Shown in pieces: positions 13,005 to 26,899 of a stretch of DNA of 64,000 nucleotides. Position 1 is the first letter of the stretch. Each line of letters starts with the position of its first letter. The notes below the pieces were generated by a model that did not search any database, was not told the DNA's origin, and saw only the letters and a program-made list of their open reading frames with translations. The position numbers and the translations under genes are program-made. This stretch comes from Azolla caroliniana (taxonomy: Eukaryota; Plantae; Polypodiophyta): assembly GCA_043228905.1 (NCBI GenBank), contig JBHGNT010000009.1:7378001-7442000 (forward strand), read 5' to 3'.

Positions 13005-14314
13005 TGTCACGAATAGAAAATATGCACATGAGAGTAGAAGATAATCAAAGGGATGAGTTGATTAATCGAAAGACTCTGTAACTGGTGTTGTGCACCTTGA
13101 TTGTACTCTAGGTGAACACACATATTTATACAAGTTCTGAGATTGAATATCTCTAGAATATACCTGAAAATATCTCTAGAATATACCCGTCTAAAATATA
13201 GCATAGCATATTTCTAGAATATACTAAAGACTAGAAAATTTGAATGTACTATATGCTAGACTATACAATATTAAAGCATATATATTTTTATATGTAACTT
13301 AAGGGTTTCCAAATGGTTTATATAATACTAAGTATTGGGTGTGTTCTAGGTTAGAGGTTCGAGTCTAGATGTGACTATTATAGGTTAGGGTTAATATTTA
13401 TGATAATGATCATGAAGATAGGCATGGTGTAATAGTAAAGATGATGAATGGTATGATGGTGAGAGAGATCATGAAGATGTTGGCAAGCATTGAGGGGTTG
13501 GGGGTGGTGCCTAGAATGGCAAGCATTGAGGGATTTCAACGTAAGGGAAGAGAGAGATGACAAGAGATTGAGAGAGAAATATGTTCCTTTCCATTCATTC
13601 CCCATAAGGGTTTAAATAGTTATAAAAGAGTAGATACACAGGTGCAAGCCCCCTTGTCCATCCACACTAGTCACTCACTCACATATCCTCGTATCAATCC
13701 ACATGCACACACTTGTGCATGTATTCACATACGTATCGACTCATACTTACAATTATACTTATGCACATTTACTCATACACATCAACCACATTATAGCATT
13801 CGAACCTCGCTCATCACACTCTACTCTGAGTACATCTCATACGGTAAAAGTTGACAGGAACTCACGTTCCTTATGTGCAACGCTCGGCCACAACCGAGCT
13901 TAGAATCATACACAGAAAAAACGGTGAAAGAGTGCACGATATGAACAAGAGAAAAGTACGCAGGATGTTTACGTGGAAAACCCAAACTAAGGGAAAAAAC
14001 CACGGCAGCCCACAGGCTACAAACTATCACTATGTTAGAATGTACAACAGTGAGTTCATGGAGGCAACGACCTCGTGCTCACGATCTTCGCCACAGGCGG
14101 CGGTTACAACAGAGGCAACGACCTCTTTCTCTCTCTCACTCTCTATACACAGTTACGCGCTCTCTCTATCCTTGCACCAACAAGAATGACAACAACATAC
14201 AAAAGGTTGCCCTAAGTCATATTTATACTAATATGACTTTTCGGCTATTTACAAATATAGCCACAATGGACTCTCAGAAACATATTTACGAATATGTCTC
14301 TTCATCCGGTGAGC

Positions 14315-14585
14315 ACTCCTCACCGGGTCTTCACCATCCGGCTCTCCATAGCCGGGTACTCCTCATCCGGTTCTCACCGGGTCTGCACCATCCGGCTCTC
14401 CGTAGTCGGGTGCTCCTAATCCGGTTCTCACCGGGTCTGCACCATCCGGCTCTCCGTAGCCGGGTACTCATCCGGTTCTCACCGGGTCTACACCATCCGG
14501 CTCTCCGTAGCCAGGTACTCCTCATCCGGTTCTCACAGGGTCTGCACCATCCGGCTCTCTGTAGCCGGGTACTCCTCATCCGGTT
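14315..14585. repeat. 54-bp CCGG-rich tandem repeat, 5 copies, in the 3' LTR
   Basis: Unit CCGGTTCTCACCGGGTCTGCACCATCCGGCTCTCCGTAGCCGGGTACTCCTCAT; one copy has a 3-bp deletion. Confidence 0.9.
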
Positions 14586-14650
14586 TGCTCATCAGCACTG
14601 TTCTTCTCCCTTCCCATCTGGAGGGACCTGTCTCCCAACAAACCCCCCCT

Positions 14651-17600
14651 TCACTCCGGCATGGGGTGTCTTACTAGTCCGATCCGCTTCCTACATGCAT
14701 CCAGCTTGTCGGGTATCAACACTTTGGTCAGCATATCTGACCCGTTCTCGGCCGTGTGGATCTTCGTCAACGCGAACTCCTGGTCATCTACTCTTTCCCG
14801 GATCCAGTGATACCTTCGCTGGATATGCTTCGTCCGGGAATGGTAGGCCGCATTCTTAGCAAGGTGGATGGCACTTTGATTGTCGCAATAGAGCCGGTAT
14901 TCCTCTTGCCGAATACCGAGCTCTCCGATGAAGTCCTTCATCCATAATATTTCCTTGCCAGCTTCCAAAGCCGCCATGTACTCCGCCTCCGTGGTTGATA
15001 ATGCAACAGTCTTCTGCAGCCTCGACTGCCACGATAAAGCTCCCCCTGCATATGTCATTACATACCCGGATGTAGACCGACTAGTATCCACATCAGCCGA
15101 CATGTCCGAATCGGTGAAACCGTCAAGTTGAGGTTTTCCGAAGCCGAATCGGAGACACATATTTGAAGTGCCTTTCAAGTACCGGAGTATCCATTTGACC
15201 GCGTTCCAGTGCTCCTTGTCATGATTGCTCATAAACCGGCTCACCACTCTGACTGCGTATCCTATATCCGGTCAGGTACAAACCATTGCGTACATTAAGC
15301 TCCCGACGGCAGAGGAATATGGAATCTTCATCATATCCGCCTTCTCTGCTTTCGTCTTTGGGCTTTGCTTACCAGATAACCTGCAGTTTGCCGGAAGTGT
15401 CGATCTGACCGGTTTCGCTTCTGACATGTTGAACCGGTGAAGCACCTTTGTCACGTACTTCTCCTGCCACAATTGCTTCACTGGCCGGTTCCAAATAATA
15501 TGCATCCCCAGCATCTGTCTTGCCGGACCCAAGTCTTTCATTGAGAAGGTCCGGTTGAGAGCCTTCTTCAGCATCCGTATTTTGACTTGGTCCCGTCCGA
15601 CGATCAACATGTCATCCACGTACAGAAGGAGTATCAAGAAGTCGCCTCCTTCAAACTTCTTCACAAACACTCAGTGATCGGCCTACGTCTTGTGGTACCC
15701 TTGATCGGTCATGAAAGAGTCAAACTTCCGGTACCATTGTCGGGGAGCCTGCTTCAGTCCGTACAGGCTCTTCTTCAACCGGCATACCAGGTGCTCATTC
15801 CCTTTCTCCACGAATCCTTCCGGTTGCTGCATGTAGATCTCCTCTTCGAGGTTGTCGTGAAGGAATGCCGTCTTCACGTCCAGCTGCTCTACCTCGAGGT
15901 CCATGCTCGCTGCTATACTCAGCACCGTCCGGATGGAGTTCATCTTTACTACCGGGGCAAATATCTCGTCGAAGTCCACGCCCTTCTTCTGCTGGAACCC
16001 CTTCACCACAATCCTGGCTTTGTATCTCGGGGGGTTGCCGGCATCTCCCAGTTTCAACTTGTACACCCACTTATTTCGGAGTACCCGCTTTCCTTTCGGC
16101 AACTCCACCAATTCGTACGTATGGTTCTCATGCATGGAATCCATCTCGTCCTGCATGGCACATAACCATTTTCGGCAGTGGGTGTCATCCTTCGCTTCTT
16201 CGAAGCTTTTTGGCTCCCCCTCATCGGTTAACAACACATGCTCTGCATCCGGAAATCTCCGGGGGGGCCTTCTCTCTCTGAGAGGATATCTCCGTCTTTG
16301 GGCTTCGGTAACCGGCTCCCCCATTTGCTCTTCATCCGAATCCTATTCGGGGTCTTGGCCGGTTCCGGTTTCAGCTTCCTCTACTTCTTCTTCTGTCGGT
16401 TCGGTATCCTCACTGTAACCGGCTGGTTCCTCGAGTGCTAAGCGGTCTCTTGCCGGTTGGGTCTGTTCATCGTAGAATCGATCCTCACCGGTCGACTTGG
16501 AGTTCATTATCTTCTTCTCCGACTCCCAGTCGGCGAGCGTCTTGTCCTCCATGAAGATAATATCTCGACTCCGGAATACCTTCTTGTCGACCAGGTCCCA
16601 CACTCGGTAGCCGAACTCATCGTCGCCGTAGCCGACGAATATGCATGGCCGGGTCTTTGGATCTAACTTTCCTCTCTGGTCCTTAGCTACATGCACGTAC
16701 GCGAGACACCCGAATACCTTCAAATGCCGGTAGGACACTTCCTTACCGGTCCATACTCTCTGTGGTGTGTCTCCGTCCAAGGGTACTGAGGGTGATTTGT
16801 TTATCACATATGTCGTCGTCGACAGTGCCTCAACCCAAAATTTCTTGGGTAGTTTTGCATGCGCTAGCATACTCCGGACCCGCTCCATTATGGTCTGGTT
16901 CATCCTCTCGGCTAGCCCGTTTAGTTTCAGCGTCTTCGGCACGGTAAATTCGAGCCGGATTCCCTTCGAGCGACAGTACTCCTCGAACTGGCCCCGGTAT
17001 TCACCTTCGTTATCTACTCGAACCGCCTTCAGCTTCCGGCCGGTTTCTCTTTCCACTCTCGCGTGGAGCTCTTTGAAGATGGATAACACCTGATCCTTCG
17101 TCTTCAACGGTGTGGCCCACAGCTTCCGGTTGTGGTCATCTATGAACGTCACGAAGTACTGCGATCCTGCATGTGACTTCGTGTCCACTTGACACACATC
17201 AGTATGCACCAACTCCAGTGGTGCATTACGTCTCATCGGTGGCCTTGGTCAGAAGGAGGTCCGGTTTTGCTTACCGGCCAGACAATCAGTGCACTTCTCC
17301 AAGTGCACATTCTTCACTGGAATGAGGTTGTCTTCTGCAAGCCTCTTCATCCCCTTCTCGCTCATGTGACACAGCCTCTTGTGCCACACCTCACCGGCAG
17401 TGTCGGATGCCATGTTCACTTCCTCCGGACATAACTGGGCATTCATCAGGTACAGAGTGTTGACCTTCCGGGCCCGAGCCACAATCAGGCTCCCCTTGCT
17501 GAACTTCATAACACCGTTCCGGATGCTACCCGTGTAGCCTTCATCATCTAGCCGACCGGCTAATATCAGGTTCAGACGAACCTCCGGAACGTGTCGGACA

Positions 17601-18691
17601 TCCTTCAGCAGCAACTTGCATCCGGTTGGTGTTGTCAGCCACACGTCTCCTATGCCGACAATTCGGCATGTTCCTTCATTCCCCATCCGAACACAGTCGT
17701 GATCACCGGCTGAGTAGGATGAGAAGCATTTCCGGTCCGAGGTAAGGTGGAACGACGCTCCGGAGTCGACCACCCAGGTCATCTCGTCGCCGGCAAGGTT
17801 TATCTCTCTCTCCTCGGTGATGAGCATCAACTCTTCTTCACTTGCTGCGATTGCCGTCGTCCCCTTCCGGTCCGTTCCCCTCCGGTCTTTACCGTTCCGG
17901 TCCGGTATCCGCTTCGAATCGGTACCGTCGGTTTCCTTGTCCTTTCGGAAATGCCGACAGTTCTTCTGGAAGTGTCCTGGCTTGCCGCAATAGAAGCAAG
18001 TAGGCCTCCCCCTTGACTTTGACCGTGTCCCCGACTTTTCCCGGTTCTGGGGACTACGGTTTCTATGTCTTCCGCATTTTGATTCGGTAAGGAGCGCTTT
18101 GGAGTCGAAGCTCGTATCCTTATCTTTCCGACACGCCTCCTCATCTAGCAAGCTCCACTTCACTCTTGCTAGGGATAACCGTTTTCCTTCCGGCCCGGCG
18201 TTGCCCTATGTGACAACCAACGTCTCCCAGCTATCTGGGAGGGAACCAAGCAGGAGTAGTGCCAGTACCTCGTCGGCGAGAGGTACTTCCAATGATGTTG
18301 CCTGGTGGATCAGCCCTTGGAAGGCATTCATGTGCTCCGTCATGCTGGAGCCATCTTGGTACCGGAGTCTTACTAGCTTCCGGAATACCGAAACCTGATT
18401 AACAACATTTTTGTTTTGAAACATAATGTTGATCTTCTCCCAGAGCTCATGAGCCTTGCTCTCTTCATTGAAGTTGTTGTATAGGCTCATGTCGATGAAG
18501 CACCGTATGTAAGCCGTTGCCTTCATGTGCATCACCTCCCATATCGTGGCGTCGATTTTGTCCGGTCTCTTGTCCCCAAACTGAACCGGCAACCAAAGAT
18601 CTTTAACCACGAGCATGTCCCTCATCTTCGACCTCCATACCGAATAGTTGGAGCCGGTGAGCTTCAAGATGCCTCCCAATGAATCGTCCAT
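14651..18691 (-). pseudogene. Copia gag-pol polyprotein broken by a few stops and frameshifts
   Basis: Collinear ORF pieces 18206-18691, 17249-18163, 16343-17236, 15683-16324, 15272-15670 and 14651-15247. Confidence 0.92.
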
Positions 18692-19184
18692 TTTCTGTGT
18701 CGTTTCGCTCTGATACCACTTGACGGGAACTCACGTTCCTTCTGCGCAACGCTCGGCCACAACCGAGCTTAGAATCATACACAGAAAAAACGGTGAAAAA
18801 CTGCACGACACGAAGAAGAGAAAAGTACGCAGGATGTTTACGTGGAAAACCCAAACTAAGGGAAAAAACCACGGCAGCCCACAGGCTGCAAACTATCACT
18901 ATGTTAGAATGTACAATAGTGAGTTCACGGAGGCAACGACCTCATGCTCACGATCTTCGCCACAAGCGGCGGTTACAACAGAGGCAATGACCTCTTTCTC
19001 TCTCTCACTCTCTGTACACAGTTACGCGCTCTCTCTATCCTTGCACCAATAAGAATGATAACAACATACAAAAGTTTGCCCTAAGTCATATTTATACTAA
19101 TATGACTTTTCAACTATTTACAAATATAGCCACGATGGACTCTCAGAAACATATTTACGAATATGTCTCTTCATCTGGTGAGTA

Positions 19185-19565
19185 CTCCTCATCGGGTCTT
19201 CACCATCCGGCTCTCCGTAGCCGGGTACTACTCATCCGGTTCTCACCGGGTCTGCACCATCCGGCTCTCCGTAGCCGGATGCTCCTCATCCGGTTCTCAC
19301 CAGGTCTGCACCATCTGGCTCTCCGTAGCCGGGTACTCCTCATCCGGTTCTCACCGGGTCTACACCATCCGGCTCTCCGTAGTCGGGTACTCCTCATCCG
19401 GTTCTCACCGGGTCTGCATCATCCGGCTCTCCGTAGCCGGATGCTCCTCATCCGGTTCTCACCGGGTCTGCATCATCCGGCTCTCCGTAGCCGGGTGCTC
19501 CTCATCCGGTTCTCACCGGGTCTGCACCATCCGGCTCTCCATAGCCGGGTACTCCTCATCCGGTT
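19185..19565. repeat. 54-bp CCGG-rich tandem repeat, 7 copies, in the 5' LTR
   Basis: Same unit; seen as seven copies of (F/S)SPGLHHPALRSRVLLIR in ORF 19102-19713. Confidence 0.9.
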
Positions 19566-21941
19566 TGCTCATCAGCACTGTTCTTCTCCCTTCACATCTA
19601 GAGGGACCTGTCTCCCAACAACAGTGACATCATCCCCGCTCCTACGCTGTCTTCCCAAACCAATCTCTGGTTTGTGGGGATACCGGAGATTGAAAATCTT
19701 GGACCACCTCTAGAGCAATTTGTAAAATCTTCGTTGGTTCCCATGTGGCGTCAGAAAGGGGGTAACCCCTCTAGAAGACGAGGTATTGTAGGTGTCGACG
19801 GTGCAAACGTGAGTCAAATATTTGGTCGACCTCGTATTCCTCCCCTATCGTCAACTGCACAGGTGGTGGGGGGGTTGAAGGAGAGAGACATCAAAAACAT
19901 CATGAATCCGGAAGTGGGATAGAAGGGTCAGTCAGAAGGCGACAGGATTGATGCGCTCAACTATACGAGATGGTCTAAACTTCTTGTAATCTAGTTTTGC
20001 ACATGGATGGGTGGTAGAGATGTGCCATCGTAACAACCAGACCATGTTGCCGAAGACAAAGGGTAGAGTGGAAGAACGACGGCGATCAACATGCTTCTTG
20101 TATCGTTTGCTAGCGAGACTAAGCTCTAAGGATAAGTCATGATGTAACTCTTCTAAAATGTAGGCGCAACCCTCTGCCGAAGGGTTCACAAAAGTGGTAG
20201 GGAGGGAAATGTTGAACTGAGGATGTAAACCATAGTTCGTAAAGAAGTGAGTGATGCCAGTCCATAGAGATAGAGGCCAAAGGACGACTAGGGCATGGAA
20301 GTGCTTGGAGTAAACCGTATGGACGATGATGAGCAGCTTTGGAGCAAGCGTAAACCTCACAAGTCTTGATGTAGTCTTTGACCAACTTCCATGGTTGTGG
20401 TCACCAGTACATCTGAGAGATTAGTTCGAGAGTTTTTGCAACCTCAAAATGACCCCCAAGGGGGTCATCGTGACATTCTTCAACACTCGGTTGCGACACA
20501 GGCCCTTCGGGACCTATAAGAGATGATCTGAGAATAGCAAACCATCTTGTATGGTGAAATGGTCAAGGTCCGTCCGTTTGGGTGTCGTGAAGGGGTTTCA
20601 TAGACTATCTTGAATCTTGTTGGCGAATGCATTGTCGTGGATGCATCGATGATCTATTGGAGTAACGAATCATCTTGTAGCATACAAGTGACAAAAAGAT
20701 GCAAATGGATGGGTTTTAACAAACAACAAGATTGTTGGGCATGAGAAACATCCACAGGGCGGATAACAAGTTCAGCTCGACGAGAAAGGACATCAGCCTT
20801 CCCATGTTGGCCACCAAGTCGAAATACGATCTCAAAATCATAGTCAGCGAGAAATGTCGACCAATGGGCATGCATTCGATTCAAAGTATGAGTGGTGGAA
20901 AAATAAACTAAATTCTTATGATCAGTTACTACCTGGACATGATGTTGTGCGCCTGCCGAGTAGGGGCGCCATTCTTCAAAGGCAGCAATGATAGCAACAA
21001 GCTCCTTGTCGTATATTGGATAATTGATTTCGGACTCCATGAATTTGTGGGAGTAGTAAGCCATTGGGTGCATTATGTTGGTGTCCTCGGCCTAGGATAA
21101 GATGGCGCCAATTGCGAAGTTAGAGGCATCGGTTTCGACTTGGAAGGGTCTTGTGGGGTCGACATGTAGAAGCGCAGGGGCAATGATGAATGCGTGTTTG
21201 AGTGAGTCAAATGCATTTTGTGCCGCCGAGGTCCATGAAAAAGGAGAACCTTTGTGTCCATGAAAACCCCTTGATGAAGCGACGGTAAAAATTTGTGAAG
21301 CCAAGGAAGGATTGCATATCTTTAAGTCAACTTGGAGTCGTCCAGTTCTGAATGACTGAGACCTTCTTCGTATCCATCATGATGCCAGTGGGCGAGATGA
21401 TGTAGCCCAAGAATTCAATCGAGGTACGGTCGAACTCACATTTCTCACTTTTGGCATAAAGGTCGTGCTCTCGAAGTTTAAGAAGAACTAATTGGACTTG
21501 GTGGGTGTGCTCCACCATGTTTAGCGAAAAAATGAGAATATCATCAAGGTAGATGACCACGAAATGATCAAGATATTCTCGGAACATATCGTTCATCATA
21601 TGTTAAAAAAAAGTTGGGGCGTTAGTAAGGCTGAAAGGCATTACCTTGTATTCGAAATGCACATACCGTGTTCGGAATACGGTTTTCCATTTATCACCAT
21701 GCGTAAAAGGCCCCATCCAACTCGGCCTTCTCTAGAGGATGTGAAATTGAATTGACCTTCATTGTTGTGCGCGAACATCCTGGATCGCTAAATGTGATTG
21801 AGCGACTGCACCAATCCACTATGGGATTGTGCGCCTCCAACCACGATAGTCCTAAGATGATCAGATCCTGGGAGCTCCTCGTGGTGGGAGTCCACACGAA
21901 GCCCTAATGGGATTGTAGTTTGGGTAATTGCTCCTGATGAG

Positions 21942-23570
21942 TGTCATGAAGACATATATTTTGGCTATCAGGAGTCGAACCCATAACTTCTTGGTCTATG
22001 TGTTGAACCTTTAACCATTGTAATAACATATATGATGTATAATTATAATAATTATATTTTTAGTTATTACAAGATATTTAGAATATTCTAGAACATTCTA
22101 GAATATTCTAGAGTGCTCTATATTCTAGGACTTTCTAGAATACCCTATTAGGAATTCTAAATATGCATCCAATAATCACTTGAAAACCAAATTGGTTCAA
22201 CTCCATTCTAGAACTCCCTTGTTGCTTACTTGTTGTAATCTATCTCCATTCTAGAACTCCCTTGTTGCAATCTATCTTATAGTGCAATATAATACTTTTA
22301 CAATACTATCTCTCTCTCTCTCTCTCTCTATCTTGGCAATCAAGTGTCATGATGCCATTCACATAGTGTCATGATTACATACATTTTGGTTTGCAAGGAT
22401 TCAAACCCACAACCTTGTTATATACGTGTCGAATTCTTAACCATTGTAATGATATGTTTATATGTATAGTATAAAGAATATATAAGCTAAACATATAGAA
22501 TATATAAAGTATTCTAAAGTACTATATGTTCTAGAAAGTTCTAGAACATTCTAAAAGTATTCTATGTTCTAGAATATTCTAGAGTGCTCTATATTCTAGG
22601 ACTTTCTAGAATACCCTATTAGGACCTATAAATATGCATCTAGTAATCATTTAAAAACCAAAATTGGTTCAAGGGATAATGTCATAAAGACATACATTTT
22701 GGCTTATCAGGAGTCCAACCCACAACTTCTTGGTCTATGTGTTGAACCTTTAACCATTATAATAACATATATGATGTATAATTATAGTAATTTTATTTTT
22801 AGTTATTACAAGATATTTAGAATATTCTAGAACATTCTAGAGTATTCTAGAACATTCTTGAATATTTCATGATTATAGGGAATAGTTGAAACGCAACAAT
22901 CATGTCGTAGGCGTTGGCGAGATGCTCGGCAGAATCCCATGTTCGATCATTAGGTGTATAACCTAACCAATCAACCAAATAATATATTTTGTTGCGGATG
23001 ATCTTGGAGTCGAGAATGGCAACCTCATATTCATAACCATTGGAAACTTCGATTGGAGGTGGGGAAGAGTAAGATGACCCAAAATAGAGCTTGTTGTGTA
23101 GTGCTCCAAAACTGAAACATGGAAGACCGGCTGAAGATGCATATGAGGAGGAAGATCAAGGTGAAATGTCACATAATTGATCTTACCAGAGATCACATAT
23201 AGGCCGAAACGTTAACAATCTAGTTTGTAGTAAGGTCGTGTAGTTTTAATGCTACCTTGTAAGAGCCATACTCGATCACCTACTTGAAATGTAGTCGATG
23301 AATCATGCCAATGATGGTCAACAACCTTCTTTTGAGTGTTTTGAGTGTCACACAAATGGTGCAAAAGTATATCTTGAACTTCTTGGAGTCGAGAGAGCCG
23401 ATCTTTAACAACTGGGTTTGTTCGGAGTTCTGGATGGTCAAGCATCATCCAACGAGGATGGTACCCAATGTTCGCAAAAAATGGGGAATATCCAGTATAA
23501 GAATGTTCAAAGTTACTGTAAGCAAATCCCGCCAAATGTAATAGATCAACCCAATCGTCTTGTAGTATAG
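21942..23570 (-). mobile_element. Second chromovirus 3' remnant: rearranged AT-rich LTR with TTCTAGAA repeats (21942-~22870), chromodomain and integrase C-terminus (22880-23570)
   Basis: TGTCAT start duplicated at 21942 and 22680. Minus-strand YYLVDWLGYTPNDRTWDSAEHL chromodomain; DDWVDLL..AGFAYSN..HS.TGYSPF integrase. Confidence 0.75.
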
Positions 23571-26400
23571 TACGCATCCGCGAAGTCAGATGCAATAGCT
23601 TCCATGTATCATTCTCTTTTATCGAGTCCATTTCAAACCTCATGGCTTGTATTCATGTGTTGGTGTTTGGCACGGATATTGCTTCCTCGTAGGAGCTTGG
23701 TTCTCCTGCGTCCATATAGTTGACGTAGTCCATGCCTGACATATAAAACACTGTCGACATTCAAACTTGTCCAGATCACCGTGGTGCTGATTTATTTGGT
23801 TTGGATTCTTCAATCGGCTCGGAGGTCCAATCGGCATGTTGTGAACATTTATGTGAAGGAGATCATGATGGGGATCCGCTACGGCAATCATCATGCCTTG
23901 GTGTCGGATCACCCTCTTCCTTAAGAGTTGACCATTTAGTGGGTGCCTTGGTCGGTTTGGGTCAGCCGTTTGGCATCCTAGTCGTTTCGGCTCTTATACA
24001 TTTTCTAGCCAATTTGGAGTCGGCTATTGGACCTTTCGCCGATTCGGGTTGGTTGGGGGATTGCTGGCTTACTCGGTTTCGGCATTTCGCTGGATAGTTG
24101 ATTCGTATTCGGCAATTGGCGTGCCATGCCTTCTTTAGATTCTTTGTCCGAAAGATAAAAAATGACTTTTTTCTAATTTTTGGCTGGAATCGGTCGAAGA
24201 GAATTGAGTCTTTGTTGAAGAGTACATGACTACCCCAAATCAATTTCCTATTATCTGAATCCCATAACCAATAGTAAAATTCCCCATCAGTTCTATAATC
24301 GAGAAATGTACATTTCATGGAATGGGGCACCAGCTTGGTCCTTTTCTCCCTTGGAATAAATGCATAGGCTTCTCATCTGAATATACGAAGCCGATTATAG
24401 GTCAGATGTCTTCTCGACCATAGTGCTTGTGGCACCTGGAGCCGTATTGCTTTCGATGATGACAGATTTATAAAGTATAGTGTCGTCTACAATGCCTTGG
24501 CCTAGAACTCCAGCTTTAGTCCGGCTTACTAGAGCATTGTCGTCACTCTCTCTTGGATGGTCTGGTTCATCCGTTTGGCGACACCGTTCGGCATGGAGGT
24601 GTAGGGAACAATCTTCTGATGCCAGATTCCTCTCTCGGACAGGTACTTTTCAAAGGCTTTGGAGGTGTATTCTCCTCCATTGTCCAACCTTAGTGTCTTC
24701 ACTTTATGGCCGGATATGTTTTCGACTTCGAGTAACCACCGAGTGAAAACTTCAAGCGCTTCATCGTTGGACTTAATCGAGCAAGCCCAAACTTTCCATG
24801 TACAATCATCAATGAATGTGATGAAGTATCGGGAGCCTCCTAGTGATCTTTCGAGCATCAGCCCACAAATATCGGTGTCAACCAGTTCTAGGGGTTGTTG
24901 TATCGTCTCATAATGGATTGAGTGCGAACTTTGGGTTTGTTTCCCGTACTGACAATGCTCAGAGAAGTTTGTTTCGGCCTTGTGGAGTTTTGGTATAGAT
25001 GTAGCCGATTGTCGATTGTCAATCTAATCCGGCTTATGACTATGGCCGAGTCAACGATGCCATAGTGCTAAAGTCAGCATTTTGGCTACATGTAGTGATC
25101 CCATCAGACTTATCACTATTAGCAGGTACATATTATTGTACTTTCTACCATGACCGATCTTGAGATTTCCCCTGATGATCTCCCATGTCGACTCGCTAAG
25201 TGTCGTCCTGTACCCATCTTCGATTAGCATGCTGATGGAACCAAACTCCTTTTTAGCTCGGGTATGTGTTAGACATGGTGCAAGGTGATTGTATTGCCAT
25301 TCGGCAATTGAAAGGGGACTTCGCCGATTCCAGAGATTTTGCACTCCTTCCAGTTGCCAAGTGGGACTGCCACCGGATCGGGCCAATTAGTCCGAAAATC
25401 ATTCGTTGTGAGGGGTCAAATGGAACGTGGCTCCTGAATCAAGCAACCACGTCCACGCATCTTGTGTGTTATACAGGATCTCACCAATTGATGAGTCATC
25501 CAAGGAGAGAACTTCTCCCGACTGGGATTCAACAACATTAATTTGGTTGCCGATTTGGGAATGAGCCGATTCAGATGATCCTAAACTTTGATCGTATTTT
25601 CTCCCATTCCCCCATTTGACAGACTAGCAATCGGCAATATTGTGGTCAACCTTTCTGTAATGTGTGCAGAAGGCATTTGGCCTCTGGATCAACACTTTCA
25701 TCGCTGTCTATCTTCTCTCCTCTTCGGTCTACTCTTTGAGCTGTTTCTACCAAGAAGTGGGCTTCTGTAGAGTCGTCAATGGACAATCCCATCGACCTTC
25801 TCCAGGTATCTTCTGACAAGATTGTTCCAATAGCTTCGTCCAAAGTTAGTTTTAGAGACCTAGTTGTGAACGTCGTGTAGAATACCTCCTAGCTTTCCGA
25901 CAACCTCGAGAGAAGCACAAGGGGCATGACTTCTTCTTCGAAGTTTAACCCTTGAGAGGAGAGTTCAGTTAACACCCAACTAAAGGTGTTAATATGTAGA
26001 CGGCCTGCAACTTCTCCCATAGATCATATGTTGACATCTCTTTTGCCATGTGGAAGTAGAAGTTGTTGGCCACATGCATTCGGATGGTCGATTTGGCTAT
26101 TTCATCTAGAGATCGCCATTCCTCTACTGTCACTGAAGCCGGCTTGCTCTTGTGTTGTATTGCTTTAACTTGTCACCAAATGATTAACACATCCTACATC
26201 ATCTCCTTTCACAGAGCAAAGCTTTTGCCATAATATTTCCGGATTTCCATCTTCTATAAGAAGTGAGATTTTTGGTCTGGTCCTTTCCTTCAACCAACTC
26301 TTCTTCTCCTTGTGTTGTTGTTGTTGTTGAACCCTTCCAACTCTAATACTAGTTGATGGCAATACTATTGTCGGAGCCGGCTCGTAGCATGGAAGGAGTA
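23571..26400 (-). mobile_element. Degenerate Ty1/copia internal region (gag, integrase, start of RT)
   Basis: SLGGSRYFITFIDD...VKTLRLDNGGEY...NGVAKRMNQTI; KCTFL.Y.TDGEF.Y.LWD; EMDSIKENDTW. Related to 28820-30530. Confidence 0.8.
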
Positions 26401-26899
26401 TGGATCTGTTAATGAATCATTGAAGCAAATAATAGGAAGCAACAGGAGAATATTTGTGCACTAGCCAACTTAGAGAAAGATGAACAAGGTGACAGTTACA
26501 CAGAGAGAGGCAGTTTCGTTCAAGAGACTCCACTTTACAATTATCCCCCAATTACTTTACAGGAGTCAGTTACCTACTTTTCTAGTTAGGTCAACTGAGT
26601 GTTCAGACTGAGGATACAATATGTGCAGAGTGGGACTTTTATCCCAACACAACAAACATGTTTCTTTAACTAATGCACATCAATGCATGGGGATCAATCC
26701 TTGTATACTCTTTTGTCCACATGTATCAAGCTATCTCATCTCAATGAAGAATGTGAAAAGGGGTTGTAACTTCTCTCTAGAAGAATACCTTAATCACCAC
26801 ACCCTTTCTCCCCCATGCATTAGTTTTCTTAAATTTGATTCCCATATGTTTTTCATCTCAACAAACAATGTGAATGCAAGTTTATAACATCTTTCAAGA

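Larger units (their letters stand above)
13852..19620 (-). mobile_element. Full-length Ty1/copia element (Tork/Tnt1-like): 5' LTR 18721-19620, iMet PBS 18707-18718, gag-pol 18691-14651, PPT 14641-14650, 3' LTR 13852-14640
   Basis: Paired LTRs TGAC...AACA; TSD AAAGT/ACAGT (4 of 5 match). Domain order gag, CCHC knuckle, PR (WVVDSGAS), INT (LVHTDVC, FIDD), RT (LYVDDML), RH (FTDSD). Confidence 0.95.
13005..21941 (-). mobile_element. Chromovirus (Ty3/gypsy, Tcn1-like) remnant: 3' LTR 13005-19629 (interrupted by copia 13852-19620); chromodomain, integrase, RNase H and RT at 19640-21900
   Basis: LTR termini TGTCAC (13005) and GTGACA (19629), followed by the PPT complement. Minus-strand motifs VVIYLDDILIFS, NYPIYDKELVAII, GKADVLSRR, and chromodomain EEYEVDQIFDSR...YLVF*RGYP..DATWEP (~19735-19845). 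Confidence 0.85.

Noticed and set aside
19185-19565. CRISPR-like appearance of regular repeats
   Set aside because: There are no unique spacers and no cas genes, and the context is a eukaryotic LTR.
14032-19713. ORFs with 18-aa repeats (FSPGLHHPALRSRVLLIR) at 14032-14859 and 19102-19713
   Set aside because: They are a by-product of the 54-bp LTR repeat being open in several frames; there is no evidence of a protein.
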